Source: a virus
Strand: one strand, 5' to 3'
Virus record (IMG/VR): IMGVR_UViG_3300020442_002635
Coordinates: 1-64,000 of that record
Length of the DNA: 64,000 nucleotides
The notes beneath the pieces are model-generated. The model had not been told where the DNA came from. It saw only the letters and a program-made list of their open reading frames with translations, and made no database searches. Made by a program: the position numbers and the translations under genes. Positions 45,874 to 54,911 of this stretch are shown one piece after another (position 1 is the first letter of the stretch; each line of letters opens with the position of its first letter).

Positions 45874-46472
45874 TGTACCTCAGAGTAATTGATTCCGCTA
45901 TCTGACTTATTTAGTTTAGTCCAACTCACAAAAGAATATTTAGTTCCACTTTGGAGTTCTGAACTATAATGAACATGAGTAATTGCTGATGGAGCAAGAA
46001 TCATTGTACCAATAGGAGTATCTTTATTGGTAAACTGTTGACGAGGATAGATCAGTTCCCCTCCACTATAACCATGATTGAGTTTAATTGTACCAGTATA
46101 CAAACTATCATCAGCATGTGGACGCAGGCCTCTCTGACCTTCCATTGTATACTTAATGATAAAAGGTACTTTCCAACCAACAAACCATTGATCACTTGGT
46201 AAACCAATTTTTTGTTCCAAGAAAGGAGAGATGACACGTTTCCAGTGCTGACAATAGTTTAAGTAGAACAAATCACTAATTCTACTGATACGTATCTCTT
46301 GACCATACACAGGGTCTCCTGGTTGGCTCTGAAACCCACCTTCAATGTTCTCTGCAATATTGATCAGTGCTTCACAGAATTCTGGTTTCCAGAACTCAAC
46401 AGCATACATATCATTTCCAAGATCCCATGTCTTGGGATTTTCTACTACAGCATCTAAGTAAGTATTATTCAT
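45870..46472 (-). CDS. 2OG-Fe(II) oxygenase resembling the lysyl hydroxylase (PLOD) catalytic domain
   Basis: FC..LI..AE, FIIKY....QRGLRPHADDS.YT..I.LN..Y.GG, THVH......G.KY..VS. Confidence 0.8.
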   Translation of the reverse strand: MNNTYLDAVVENPKTWDLGNDMYAVEFWKPEFCEALINIAENIEGGFQSQPGDPVYGQEIRISRISDLFYLNYCQHWKRVISPFLEQKIGLPSDQWFVGWKVPFIIKYTMEGQRGLRPHADDSLYTGTIKLNHGYSGGELIYPRQQFTNKDTPIGTMILAPSAITHVHYSSELQSGTKYSFVSWTKLNKSDSGINYSEVQ

Positions 46473-47134
46473 TTCAGTAACTCATCACACTTGTCATAGA
46501 AAAGACTGTTGTATATATTCAATCGAGTCTCAAATAGATGATAGAACATATTCACACCAAGATGATTTGAGTATGTTGTTCCAATACCATACTCACCACG
46601 TCCTTGACCAAGATCCCATACTGCATTTCTTGGACGACGTTGGAAATGAGTTGGCATATAGAATTCTACTTCTTTACCACGTTTCTCTGCTTCTAATGTA
46701 TAGAAACCACAGGTATCAGCATTACGATGATCTGGCATGAATGTTAACCTGTTGAATTCCTCAAACATTTGACGACTCAGACAAAATGTTGATGGAGCAG
46801 CATACATGTGCTCTGGATTTTCTAGGTGAGCTCCAATTTGTGCATTACCCACTAGTTTACCATTCTCTACTTGATCAAATGTATACTCAAGCGCATATTG
46901 ATTCAATGGAATGCAATCAACGTCAAGGAGCATGACAGTATCATATCCTTTATTGAATAGTTCATTGAATCCATACTCAACTCCTTGAGGATGAATAACT
47001 TCCTCTCCATGTGTTTGTGAACACAAAGGAAGAAAGTCTGCTGTCTTATTAAACTTTTTGATTACTTCACTTTGAAGACGTACAATCTCTTCATCAATAG
47101 AAAGATTATAGAATGTAAATATTGCTCTCTTCAT
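46469..47134 (-). CDS. GT-A glycosyltransferase (DxD)
   Basis: LLDVDCIPL, L.GNAQ..H, YAAP, YG.GT.Y. Confidence 0.7.
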   Translation of the reverse strand: MKRAIFTFYNLSIDEEIVRLQSEVIKKFNKTADFLPLCSQTHGEEVIHPQGVEYGFNELFNKGYDTVMLLDVDCIPLNQYALEYTFDQVENGKLVGNAQIGAHLENPEHMYAAPSTFCLSRQMFEEFNRLTFMPDHRNADTCGFYTLEAEKRGKEVEFYMPTHFQRRPRNAVWDLGQGRGEYGIGTTYSNHLGVNMFYHLFETRLNIYNSLFYDKCDELLK

Positions 47135-47745
47135 GATGCTCCATTCACCCTTGCGTACATATTTGCTGCGACAACATATCTAGGTTCTTCAGAATCTGGT
47201 AGAACACTCTTATGAGATAACCATCCAGGGAAAATAATCCAACTGTATTCATACCCTGCAATTGATTGAAACTGACTGCCAAGTGCAGGGGCTGTTCGTG
47301 GATCATGAAATTCTGTTCCACCTACTGCAGGATCACCAGGAACTTTAATGTAATAAACTCCAGAAAGAAATGCGGGATTATGATGATGCCATGGGTTTTG
47401 TTGTCCTTGCTCCATAGATTTCCATGACTTATATACCCATGCACTACATCCTGTAAATTCGATATTCTGTTGTTGCGAACAGAACTGTGGTGTTGCTTCA
47501 AGATAGTTTTCACATGCTCTCACAAAAGTTCTCTTCAACTTCTGCCATACTGCAGGAGCATCATTCTGAAAAATAACCAATGATGTCTGATACTTTGGCG
47601 TCAACTCATTATCAGTATAAACACCATTTTCAATCAACATATCAGTGCTATCCATCATATCCTGATGATCTTGGGGATTGATGAAGTCACTGCAATCTGT
47701 TCTTACAGCATTTGTTGGAAATAGATTATAAGTTTCTACTTTCAT
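47131..47745 (-). CDS. 2OG-Fe(II) oxygenase (TIGR02466-like)
   Basis: WHHH...LSGVYY, GTEF.DPR, IFPGWLSH.....RYVVAAN. Confidence 0.85.
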   Translation of the reverse strand: MKVETYNLFPTNAVRTDCSDFINPQDHQDMMDSTDMLIENGVYTDNELTPKYQTSLVIFQNDAPAVWQKLKRTFVRACENYLEATPQFCSQQQNIEFTGCSAWVYKSWKSMEQGQQNPWHHHNPAFLSGVYYIKVPGDPAVGGTEFHDPRTAPALGSQFQSIAGYEYSWIIFPGWLSHKSVLPDSEEPRYVVAANMYARVNGAS

Positions 47746-47747
47746 GT

Positions 47748-48449
47748 TTAATAAAATTTAGATGAATAGTTTGGTTTAATCTCTCTACCTGAAATTATAT
47801 CATTGACTCTCCTGTTCCACAACTCAGGTAGTTCTTCTTTATCAATAAAATCACTAATCCTAAAATAGTGCCATGATCCAGGATATAGTGTTCCTTTACC
47901 CATATAACCATAGTGTGCAAGTGTTGAACGATGGCTATCAAATCCAGTGGGATAAATTAAACGATAGTCCATACCAATTTGATTTGCACGATTTGTAATC
48001 TCCTGTGCAGTATCAATCAACAACTCACCACCATTCTCAAGTGGAATATGATATGCCTTGAAACTAGGTTTTCCTAATTTCTCCCATCCTTTCTTTGAGA
48101 CAAGAATTAGTCCAGGTGCTGCATACAAATAGTTTTTGTGTGGCATGTGCCCAATATTCTGAGCATTACCTACGAAAGAATCATTTGCCTTAGCCCATGA
48201 ATATGCAGAATATAATACATCTTCACTAGTAGGAAGACAATCAATGTCAATAAAACATACAACATCATCATCTTCCTGCTCCATCATCTTGGTTTCAAAT
48301 TCACCATGAGCAAAGAATGCCTCATCAAAAGTATCAAATGCAGGGTATTCGTGATAGTGAACTTCAAGTCCTACTCTTTCAGAACATTTTTTATGATCTT
48401 CAACTATTTGTTTGGGAAGATTGTGAGTATAGAAACTATGAAATCTCAC
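47748..48449 (-). CDS. GT-A glycosyltransferase (DxD), paralogue of 46469..47134
   Basis: FIDIDCLP, FVGNAQNIGH, YAAP, DT.Q, YG..G.GT.Y. Confidence 0.7.
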   Translation of the reverse strand: MRFHSFYTHNLPKQIVEDHKKCSERVGLEVHYHEYPAFDTFDEAFFAHGEFETKMMEQEDDDVVCFIDIDCLPTSEDVLYSAYSWAKANDSFVGNAQNIGHMPHKNYLYAAPGLILVSKKGWEKLGKPSFKAYHIPLENGGELLIDTAQEITNRANQIGMDYRLIYPTGFDSHRSTLAHYGYMGKGTLYPGSWHYFRISDFIDKEELPELWNRRVNDIISGREIKPNYSSKFY

Positions 48450-49737
48450 GTTCTAAAACCTCATGTAGAACTTTAATTGCATCATCCCACTTATTGTATT
48501 GAGATTGTTTGATGACTGTTACATTATCACCATACCATTCATACTTATCTGAAGCCCAGGTGATATAAGCAACAAGTGGTGGCATCACAATAACTCGTTT
48601 ACCCATTGCACCTGCAAGGTGTGCAGTTGCAGTACATGATGTGATGATTAGATCACTCTCTTCAAAAATATTGTAGGTATCAGTCCAATCATTGATGAGA
48701 TGAGTTATATCCCATACTGGAGCATTCTTTGGAAGATCACATTCTTCCATTTGAAGAGAGAACAATTGTCCATACTTATCCAGTTTGAGAATTTCTTCAA
48801 CTGGAATACTACGAAACTGATCATGTTCAAACTCTGGATTACCTTTCCATCGAACACAAATCTTCTTTCGACCTTTTGCAACTTCATTCATCTCAGGAAC
48901 TGGTTTTGCTTCCATCTTGAGATAAGGAAACTCTACACCTTCACAAGGATGATCTAGTTTCAAAAGATATGGAGCTGACATTGCAGGAACAAACTTATTC
49001 CACTTGGTTCTTACAATATCTTCAGTTAGATATACATTCTCATAACCACATGCTTCAAACAAAGATTTTGTTTTTGGTGTTGCAAAGATCTTAAGTGTAT
49101 TGCAATACTTCTTGAAATGGTTTGCATATCGAATGAAGATCATTTCATCACCCATACCACCTTCAAGATAGTATGCAATAGTATCTACTGTTTCACCATT
49201 CCAACGACTTTCTTCACCAATATTGTACTTCAGTTTCAACAACCATTCATGACCCCACACACGAAGATTGGCACCTGTACGAACATATTCATATCCTTTA
49301 TAAAAATCTTCTTCCATAAGAAACCACCCATAGTTAAATGAGGCTTGGGGAATCTTATCTGCAAGTGGTTTCAGGATACGAACACTCTCATCAAACTTTC
49401 CTTGTGCAGTCGTATACAAAGAAAGATCGATCTGAGTCATAGGATCTTCACGAACTTGTTTTGGAAGTGATTTGATTATTTTTTCTGCTTCAGGAGCACG
49501 ACGTAGATAATATAGACACTTTGCTCTGTTTACCTTAATTTGTGGAGATGGATTCTTAATGTTGTTAAGAACTACAAGTGCCTTGTCAAATTCTTTATCA
49601 TCATGATGAATCTTTGCAAGACTATTTGCAACCTCAGGATCATCTTCATGTTTCAGATATGCAATTGCAAGTCCTTTTGCTGCTTGAGGTTCTCCTTTCT
49701 CAATCAATTCAAGAATAAGTTGTCTAATCATAATCAA
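48436..49737 (-). CDS. TPR-repeat + GT9-like glycosyltransferase
   Basis: Helical TPR-like N-terminal half; W.GE, EGGMGD.MIF.RY, W.GNP...HD..RSI, DLIITSCTATAHLAGAMG. Confidence 0.85.
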   Translation of the reverse strand: MIMIRQLILELIEKGEPQAAKGLAIAYLKHEDDPEVANSLAKIHHDDKEFDKALVVLNNIKNPSPQIKVNRAKCLYYLRRAPEAEKIIKSLPKQVREDPMTQIDLSLYTTAQGKFDESVRILKPLADKIPQASFNYGWFLMEEDFYKGYEYVRTGANLRVWGHEWLLKLKYNIGEESRWNGETVDTIAYYLEGGMGDEMIFIRYANHFKKYCNTLKIFATPKTKSLFEACGYENVYLTEDIVRTKWNKFVPAMSAPYLLKLDHPCEGVEFPYLKMEAKPVPEMNEVAKGRKKICVRWKGNPEFEHDQFRSIPVEEILKLDKYGQLFSLQMEECDLPKNAPVWDITHLINDWTDTYNIFEESDLIITSCTATAHLAGAMGKRVIVMPPLVAYITWASDKYEWYGDNVTVIKQSQYNKWDDAIKVLHEVLEREIS

Positions 49738-50312
49738 TAAACTCTCTTTGTTCCTGCTTCCAATCCAATGTTTGGTCTCGTATCATATAACTTATCTTGA
49801 TACGGTCCATTTGCTTCCACATAATGCATGAAGATCTGATACTGTGTTGTTCCTTGGAATGGTTCTCTCCAATGAACAACTTTATCTCCTCTATAAACTA
49901 CAGCATCACCTTCACTTAGATTTGCATGGACTGCACGATTTTCATCTTGAAATGAAAGTGGCCATAGTGCATCATACTCTCCACCTAATGAGACAGAGAC
50001 AGAATGCTGACACTCTGGACGATCCTTATGAGGAAGTAGATCTGCTCCATTGAAGTAGATCCTTGCATATGTGTATGTTGGTAGCAATTTCTTTCCAACA
50101 CTCTCTTCTACCATAGGTAGACACATTAGCATCAACATATCAAATGCAGGATCTCCATAGATGCCAAGAGATTTTTCTACCTGATCATCACCTTTGTTTG
50201 GAACTTGATCATTCCTTCTCAAAAGTTCAAAGTAGTTTCTTAGATATTGAGCAAGATACTGTGGAATAAAACCTTGTCTTATATCAAATCCTTTCTGTTC
50301 GTATTGTGTCAT
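49734..50312 (-). CDS. 2OG-Fe(II) oxygenase
   Basis: LLPTYTYARIY...L.PHKDRP.C..S, GD.V.Y.G...HWR.PF.G...QIF.HY. Confidence 0.88.
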   Translation of the reverse strand: MTQYEQKGFDIRQGFIPQYLAQYLRNYFELLRRNDQVPNKGDDQVEKSLGIYGDPAFDMLMLMCLPMVEESVGKKLLPTYTYARIYFNGADLLPHKDRPECQHSVSVSLGGEYDALWPLSFQDENRAVHANLSEGDAVVYRGDKVVHWREPFQGTTQYQIFMHYVEANGPYQDKLYDTRPNIGLEAGTKRVY

Positions 50313-50874
50313 AAAGTCGCTGCTCTGTCTCTAACCATGAAACCAATGTATATCTGAATCCATACTTAACTGGATGCACTTTATGTGCAAATTCATGAGA
50401 AGAAGGGAATGCTATCATCATACCTTTCTTTGGTCTGATAGTCAATCCTAAGTGAGTAAACTCAAGTTCTCCACCCATATAGTCATCATTGAGATAGTAA
50501 AGAATAGAAATATCTCTAGGAGCAATTCTCTTCCACTTACCATCCTCAAACTGTTCAGAATCATTGTGTTCTATATAGTGACCTCCAACAGGATAACCTA
50601 GAAACTGAACTGGTTCTATATTTTTAACTTTTGAATTATATTTCTTGTGCATGTATTGATCATAACAAGACATCACTGCTGAATTAAGATTCAACAGCAT
50701 TTCATGTGGGATAGGATACCACAAGGTTTTTCTTGTGGTATGTTCCACATCTTGGTCATCACTCGACCCAACAGTCGCATATGATGTTTCTTGATTTGTC
50801 AATTTCATCAATTCATGAATGTGATAATCAGGCACCACATTCGGTTGAATAATAATTTGATCAAAAGGATTCAT
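50284..50874 (-). CDS. 2OG-Fe(II) oxygenase (prolyl 4-hydroxylase/PKHD-like)
   Basis: Y..GGHY..HND, R.IS..YLNDDY.GGE, FPS...AHKV.PV..G.RY.LV.W. Confidence 0.9.
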   Translation of the reverse strand: MNPFDQIIIQPNVVPDYHIHELMKLTNQETSYATVGSSDDQDVEHTTRKTLWYPIPHEMLLNLNSAVMSCYDQYMHKKYNSKVKNIEPVQFLGYPVGGHYIEHNDSEQFEDGKWKRIAPRDISILYYLNDDYMGGELEFTHLGLTIRPKKGMMIAFPSSHEFAHKVHPVKYGFRYTLVSWLETEQRLYDTIRTERI

Positions 50875-50899
50875 AATTTAGAAATTTTGATTATTTATA
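50872..50899 (-). promoter_or_regulatory. T4-type late promoter TATAAATA and leader of enzyme block 1
   Basis: Minus TATAAATAatcaaaatttctaaattATG; its TAA is also the stop of the RCC1 gene ending at 50895. Confidence 0.85.
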
Positions 50900-52058
50900 C
50901 TGGGACTTTAAAAATCATGTTTTGGTATGATAGAGACCCTCCACCCCTTGATATTTCTTTGCCAAAGGGACTAATAGTGCTCCATTGAGTTCCTGGAATT
51001 TGAACTGGTGATGACCTAGCAGGGAAAGCTGAATCAAGAGCAGTCCCCCATTTCCAAAGTGTCCCATCAGTTTTAACTCCAAAAGTGTGGTATCTACCAT
51101 TACCACCTACCTGAGCCCAACTTGTTCCTGGAATTTGTTTTGGTGATGAATAATTTATTCCGTGGTTATTGTGACCCAACTCGCCATTATCATTATTACC
51201 CCATGACCATAATGTTCCATCAGTTTGAGTAGCATAACCTCTGAGATAAGAACCACCCAGTTTATCCCATGATCCTGGAAGTTGAACGGGACTGCCGTTT
51301 GATCCAGTAGCACTATTAAGACCTAATCTTCCACCTACTCTATTTCCCCATACCCATAGGGTTCCATCAGTTTTCTTTGCCATTGCAGCTTCGCCAACGG
51401 TTTCTACTTGAGTGGTCCAATATGTTCCTGGTATTTGAATTGGTGATGAATGTTGAACACCCCCACCATTTCCACCTAGCTGATTGGAGCCGCCGGCACC
51501 CCATGCCCACAATGTTCCATCAGTCTTGGTTGCTAACATTGCATTCAAATTGCCATGTACTGATCTCCAATCTGTTCCTGGAATTTGTTTTGGCGATGAA
51601 TAATTTACTCTATCATTAACACCACACTCACCATTAGAATTATATCCCCACGTCCATAATGTTCCATCAGTTTTAAGGGCAGCTCCTCCATATTGGTGGG
51701 CAGTTACAGCTGTCCAATTTGTTCCTGGAACTTGAGTTGGTGATGAACGAGGTATTACATCATTTATGGGTATTTCTCCAGAGGAGGCTGAAGTATATCC
51801 CCATGACCATAATGTTCCATCACTTTTTACACCATGAGTATTAAGATAACCTGTAGAAATATCTACCCAAGTTCCTGGCATTTGTACTGGTGATGAACGA
51901 GGTGCTCTATCATTTATACCCAAATCGCCATAGGCATTATACCCCCATACCCACATTTGATAAGGACCATTCTGGTCAACATATGTCCAATACCCAGCAT
52001 TATCTTTATGGTAGGCGTCGTTTAAAAGCCAAACACCACTTGTTTCAGAGGAAATCAT
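50895..52058 (-). CDS. class C RCC1-like beta-propeller protein
   Basis: N-terminus SGVWLL.DAY....AG.W.Y; seven blades. Confidence 0.85.
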   Translation of the reverse strand: MISSETSGVWLLNDAYHKDNAGYWTYVDQNGPYQMWVWGYNAYGDLGINDRAPRSSPVQMPGTWVDISTGYLNTHGVKSDGTLWSWGYTSASSGEIPINDVIPRSSPTQVPGTNWTAVTAHQYGGAALKTDGTLWTWGYNSNGECGVNDRVNYSSPKQIPGTDWRSVHGNLNAMLATKTDGTLWAWGAGGSNQLGGNGGGVQHSSPIQIPGTYWTTQVETVGEAAMAKKTDGTLWVWGNRVGGRLGLNSATGSNGSPVQLPGSWDKLGGSYLRGYATQTDGTLWSWGNNDNGELGHNNHGINYSSPKQIPGTSWAQVGGNGRYHTFGVKTDGTLWKWGTALDSAFPARSSPVQIPGTQWSTISPFGKEISRGGGSLSYQNMIFKVPV

Positions 52059-52068
52059 TTATTTACCC

Positions 52069-52770
52069 TCAGTCTAGATGTTCCCAGCGAATAGAAAGTG
52101 AAGGATCATAGTGTCCTACGATAACATCTCTATCATCAACACCAACACCAACACCACTTTCTTCTGTACCAATCTTTTCTGGTTTGGTGATTTCTGTCCA
52201 ACTAGCTAATGCATTGGCAAGACTAGAATCATCGAATGACAGACCTTCAAGTCTATCAGTGATTTTACCACGCAAACCAGCAATCTTTGCTTCAGTTGTT
52301 CTGAATGCTTCGTGATTGGTTACAATCTTGGTTGCCATTGCAAGTGTTGTCAACCCTCTTGCAGTTGCTTCTGTTGCAACAATACCAGCATCAGCACTAT
52401 TATCTGCAACATATGCCTTTGCTAGGTCATACTTATAAACGCCGGCAATAGTAGCAGTATCTCCATACTTACTAAATTGAGAACTACGAATTCCTTTCTC
52501 TTGCTCATATGCAAGATTGGTTCTACCCAATTTTAATGCATTAAATCCATCTTTAATAACTGCAATATATGCTGCCTCGGTGATTTCAAAGATGTAATTA
52601 TCATCATCAGCTGCTGCAGAATCATCAGCAGTTGCATATGTCAAACCATCAAATTCAAAGATGTTAGCAAGACCAGCTAGATTTGGATTAGTTGGACCTT
52701 CTACTGGTTTTTCAATTTCGACGGATTTTCCAGTCGAAGCATCGACCTTGTAAAACTTAAAGAACTTCAT
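52069..52770 (-). CDS. putative tail-fibre assembly/chaperone-like protein
   Basis: EATARG....[LM]A.KI..N...F....A.I.G.R.K helical motif typical of fibre-assembly proteins; lies between two RCC1 genes; own late promoter. Confidence 0.65.
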   Translation of the reverse strand: MKFFKFYKVDASTGKSVEIEKPVEGPTNPNLAGLANIFEFDGLTYATADDSAAADDDNYIFEITEAAYIAVIKDGFNALKLGRTNLAYEQEKGIRSSQFSKYGDTATIAGVYKYDLAKAYVADNSADAGIVATEATARGLTTLAMATKIVTNHEAFRTTEAKIAGLRGKITDRLEGLSFDDSSLANALASWTEITKPEKIGTEESGVGVGVDDRDVIVGHYDPSLSIRWEHLD

Positions 52771-52811
52771 TGTTATTCCCGTGTTTATGAGTATTTATAA
52801 GTTATTAGTAT

Positions 52812-53951
52812 TTATGAAGATTTTAAATAAATGTAATTACTTTGTCTTCCCATAGGTTTCGCGACCCATCCTGCTCCCGTAACTTGAATTGGTGCAGAAC
52901 GTTGCACTTCATCACCATTAAGCAGCTGCCCATCAGAATTAGCACCCCACGCCCACAGTGTTCCATCAGTTTTTGTACAAAAACTGCTATATATACTCAT
53001 TTCTACATCAGAACTCCATTGTGTTCCTGGAAGTTGAGTTGGTGATGACCTGTTTTGATTATGACCAAGACCCAATTGACCTTGACCACCCTCTCCCCAT
53101 GCATAAAGGGTTCCATCAGTTTTGGTTGCCAAGAGTCCAGAGTAACTTCCACTAGAAACATGACTCCATTGTGTTCCTGGAAGTTGTGTTGGTGATGAAC
53201 GAGCAGTATTTATAATATTGTGACCTAAGCCTCCATCTCTATCAAATCCCCATGTCCATAATGTTCCATCAGTTTTTATACCTGCTCTATGCCAATAACT
53301 TGATGAAATCAAACTCCATGTTCCTGGAATTTGAACTGGTGATGAACGATTTACTCTATCATTTTGACCCAAATATCCATCAGTATTTTTGCCCCATGCC
53401 CATGCTGTTCCGTCAGTTTTTATTGCCATTACAGTATTAGCACCACCTGCTACACCATAAGACCACTGTGTTCCTGGAATTTGAGTTGGTGATGAACGAT
53501 CTACTTTATCATTTTGACCTAATGCACCTTGACTATTACCTCCCCACATCCATAATGTTCCATCACTTTTGACTGCACCATTTGTTGAATAACCAGCATG
53601 AATAAAATTACTCCACTGAGTTCCTGGAACTTGTTTTGGTGATGAATAAGGCACTGTATCATTATGACCAAGGTAAGTTGGTTCAGTATTAAAACCCCAT
53701 GTCCACAAGGTTCCATCAGTCTTTATACCTTTATTTGCCGTCGAACCCCCAGCAGCATTTAACCACTGTGTTCCTGGAACTTGAATTGGTGATGAACGAT
53801 CTACTTTATCATTTTGACCTAATTGGCCATTAGTATTTGCTCCAAGGAGATATAATTGAAAAGGACCTCCAGCCCCTCCACTATATGACCAATTACCTGC
53901 TAGATATTCGTCCCTTACGTCTTGTAAGTCCCATACACCTTTTTGTGTCAT
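52812..53951 (-). CDS. class C RCC1-like beta-propeller protein
   Basis: N-terminus KGVWDLQDVRD..LAG.W.Y; seven blades. Confidence 0.85.
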   Translation of the reverse strand: MTQKGVWDLQDVRDEYLAGNWSYSGGAGGPFQLYLLGANTNGQLGQNDKVDRSSPIQVPGTQWLNAAGGSTANKGIKTDGTLWTWGFNTEPTYLGHNDTVPYSSPKQVPGTQWSNFIHAGYSTNGAVKSDGTLWMWGGNSQGALGQNDKVDRSSPTQIPGTQWSYGVAGGANTVMAIKTDGTAWAWGKNTDGYLGQNDRVNRSSPVQIPGTWSLISSSYWHRAGIKTDGTLWTWGFDRDGGLGHNIINTARSSPTQLPGTQWSHVSSGSYSGLLATKTDGTLYAWGEGGQGQLGLGHNQNRSSPTQLPGTQWSSDVEMSIYSSFCTKTDGTLWAWGANSDGQLLNGDEVQRSAPIQVTGAGWVAKPMGRQSNYIYLKSS

Positions 53952-53967
53952 GATTCTATCCTCCTAA

Positions 53968-54888
53968 TCAGGCAGTTTTTGCAGATAGAATTGCTTCTAA
54001 TCTATCAGCTGCGTTTGCTTGTACCCTAACTTTATATCCACTTGGCAAGAACTTAGGTTGCTCAAGAATTTCAACAGTTGCATCAGCAGGAATTACCATC
54101 TCATATACAAAATATCCAACGATGGTATCACTTGAATCAGTCCATACAACAGTTGCTTTTACATCATTAGTTCCATCATCATTGGCAAGAAGAATACCTT
54201 GAAGAACAGTATCAGCAGCTGCTGTATACAAGTCAGTGTAAGTTGTTGCAGCAGTAATATCAGTACCAACACCAATGAATGCAGAACTTCCAGTTTGTGG
54301 TTCTAGTGAGATTGTTGCATGAAGATCACCAGTTGCACTTGCCTGAAGTTGTAGCGTTTCTCCAGTATTCAGAACCTTTGGTTGCTTCAGCATTTCAACT
54401 GAAGATCCTGCAGGAACTGGTACTGTATGTGCAATGGAATATGCTCCTGCATACATTTGACCACTAATATCTGCACTAGATGATCCATCAATATTAGTAA
54501 TATGAACTGAATGCACAACAACAGCATCAGTTGCAGTATATGCAGTAGCCATGGAAGTGGTTACAGGATATCCAATAGCACTTGAAATGCCAGTATTGAA
54601 CTGTCCTGATCCTCCACCACCTCCACCACCTCCTCCAGAGATGCTGATATCAACAGTAGTTCCAGTTACTGCAAAGGTATGTCCTGAACCAACAAAGTTG
54701 AGTGTTGTTAAAGGACCTGATGTAATTGAAGTTCCTGCAGAACTGATACCAAGATTAAATCCACCAGTTGCTGTAATGATACCAGCACTAGTAATATTAC
54801 ATCCAGTCAAATCCAAATTGTCGGATGCTGCTAGCTCCTGAATCTGGTTTGCAGAACTATTAAAGATTAAAGGGAAGCGGTTTGCCAT
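53968..54888 (-). CDS. virion structural protein with two tandem small beta domains
   Basis: MANRFPL N-terminus; two YTA.......V...L.N.DG....VP....VE.L.QPK.L repeats. Confidence 0.75.
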   Translation of the reverse strand: MANRFPLIFNSSANQIQELAASDNLDLTGCNITSAGIITATGGFNLGISSAGTSITSGPLTTLNFVGSGHTFAVTGTTVDISISGGGGGGGGGSGQFNTGISSAIGYPVTTSMATAYTATDAVVVHSVHITNIDGSSSADISGQMYAGAYSIAHTVPVPAGSSVEMLKQPKVLNTGETLQLQASATGDLHATISLEPQTGSSAFIGVGTDITAATTYTDLYTAAADTVLQGILLANDDGTNDVKATVVWTDSSDTIVGYFVYEMVIPADATVEILEQPKFLPSGYKVRVQANAADRLEAILSAKTA

Positions 54889-54911
54889 TGTTTTTTACCT
54901 TATGAATTTAT

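Noticed and set aside
37818-50874. Enzyme island as a DNA hypermodification (TET/JBP plus glycosyltransferase) cluster
   Set aside because: No clear TET/JBP, hydroxymethylase, kinase or DNA methylase motifs; late promoters and structural context argue against it. Not fully excluded without nucleoside analysis.
36228-53716. Short alternative-frame ORFs with recurring MFLELELVMN / HHQFKFQE text
   Set aside because: These are shadows of the repeated propeller DNA in other frames or on the opposite strand.
24970-53951. Diversity-generating retroelement acting on RCC1 genes
   Set aside because: No reverse transcriptase is present, and no template/variable repeat pair with adenine-specific differences was seen.
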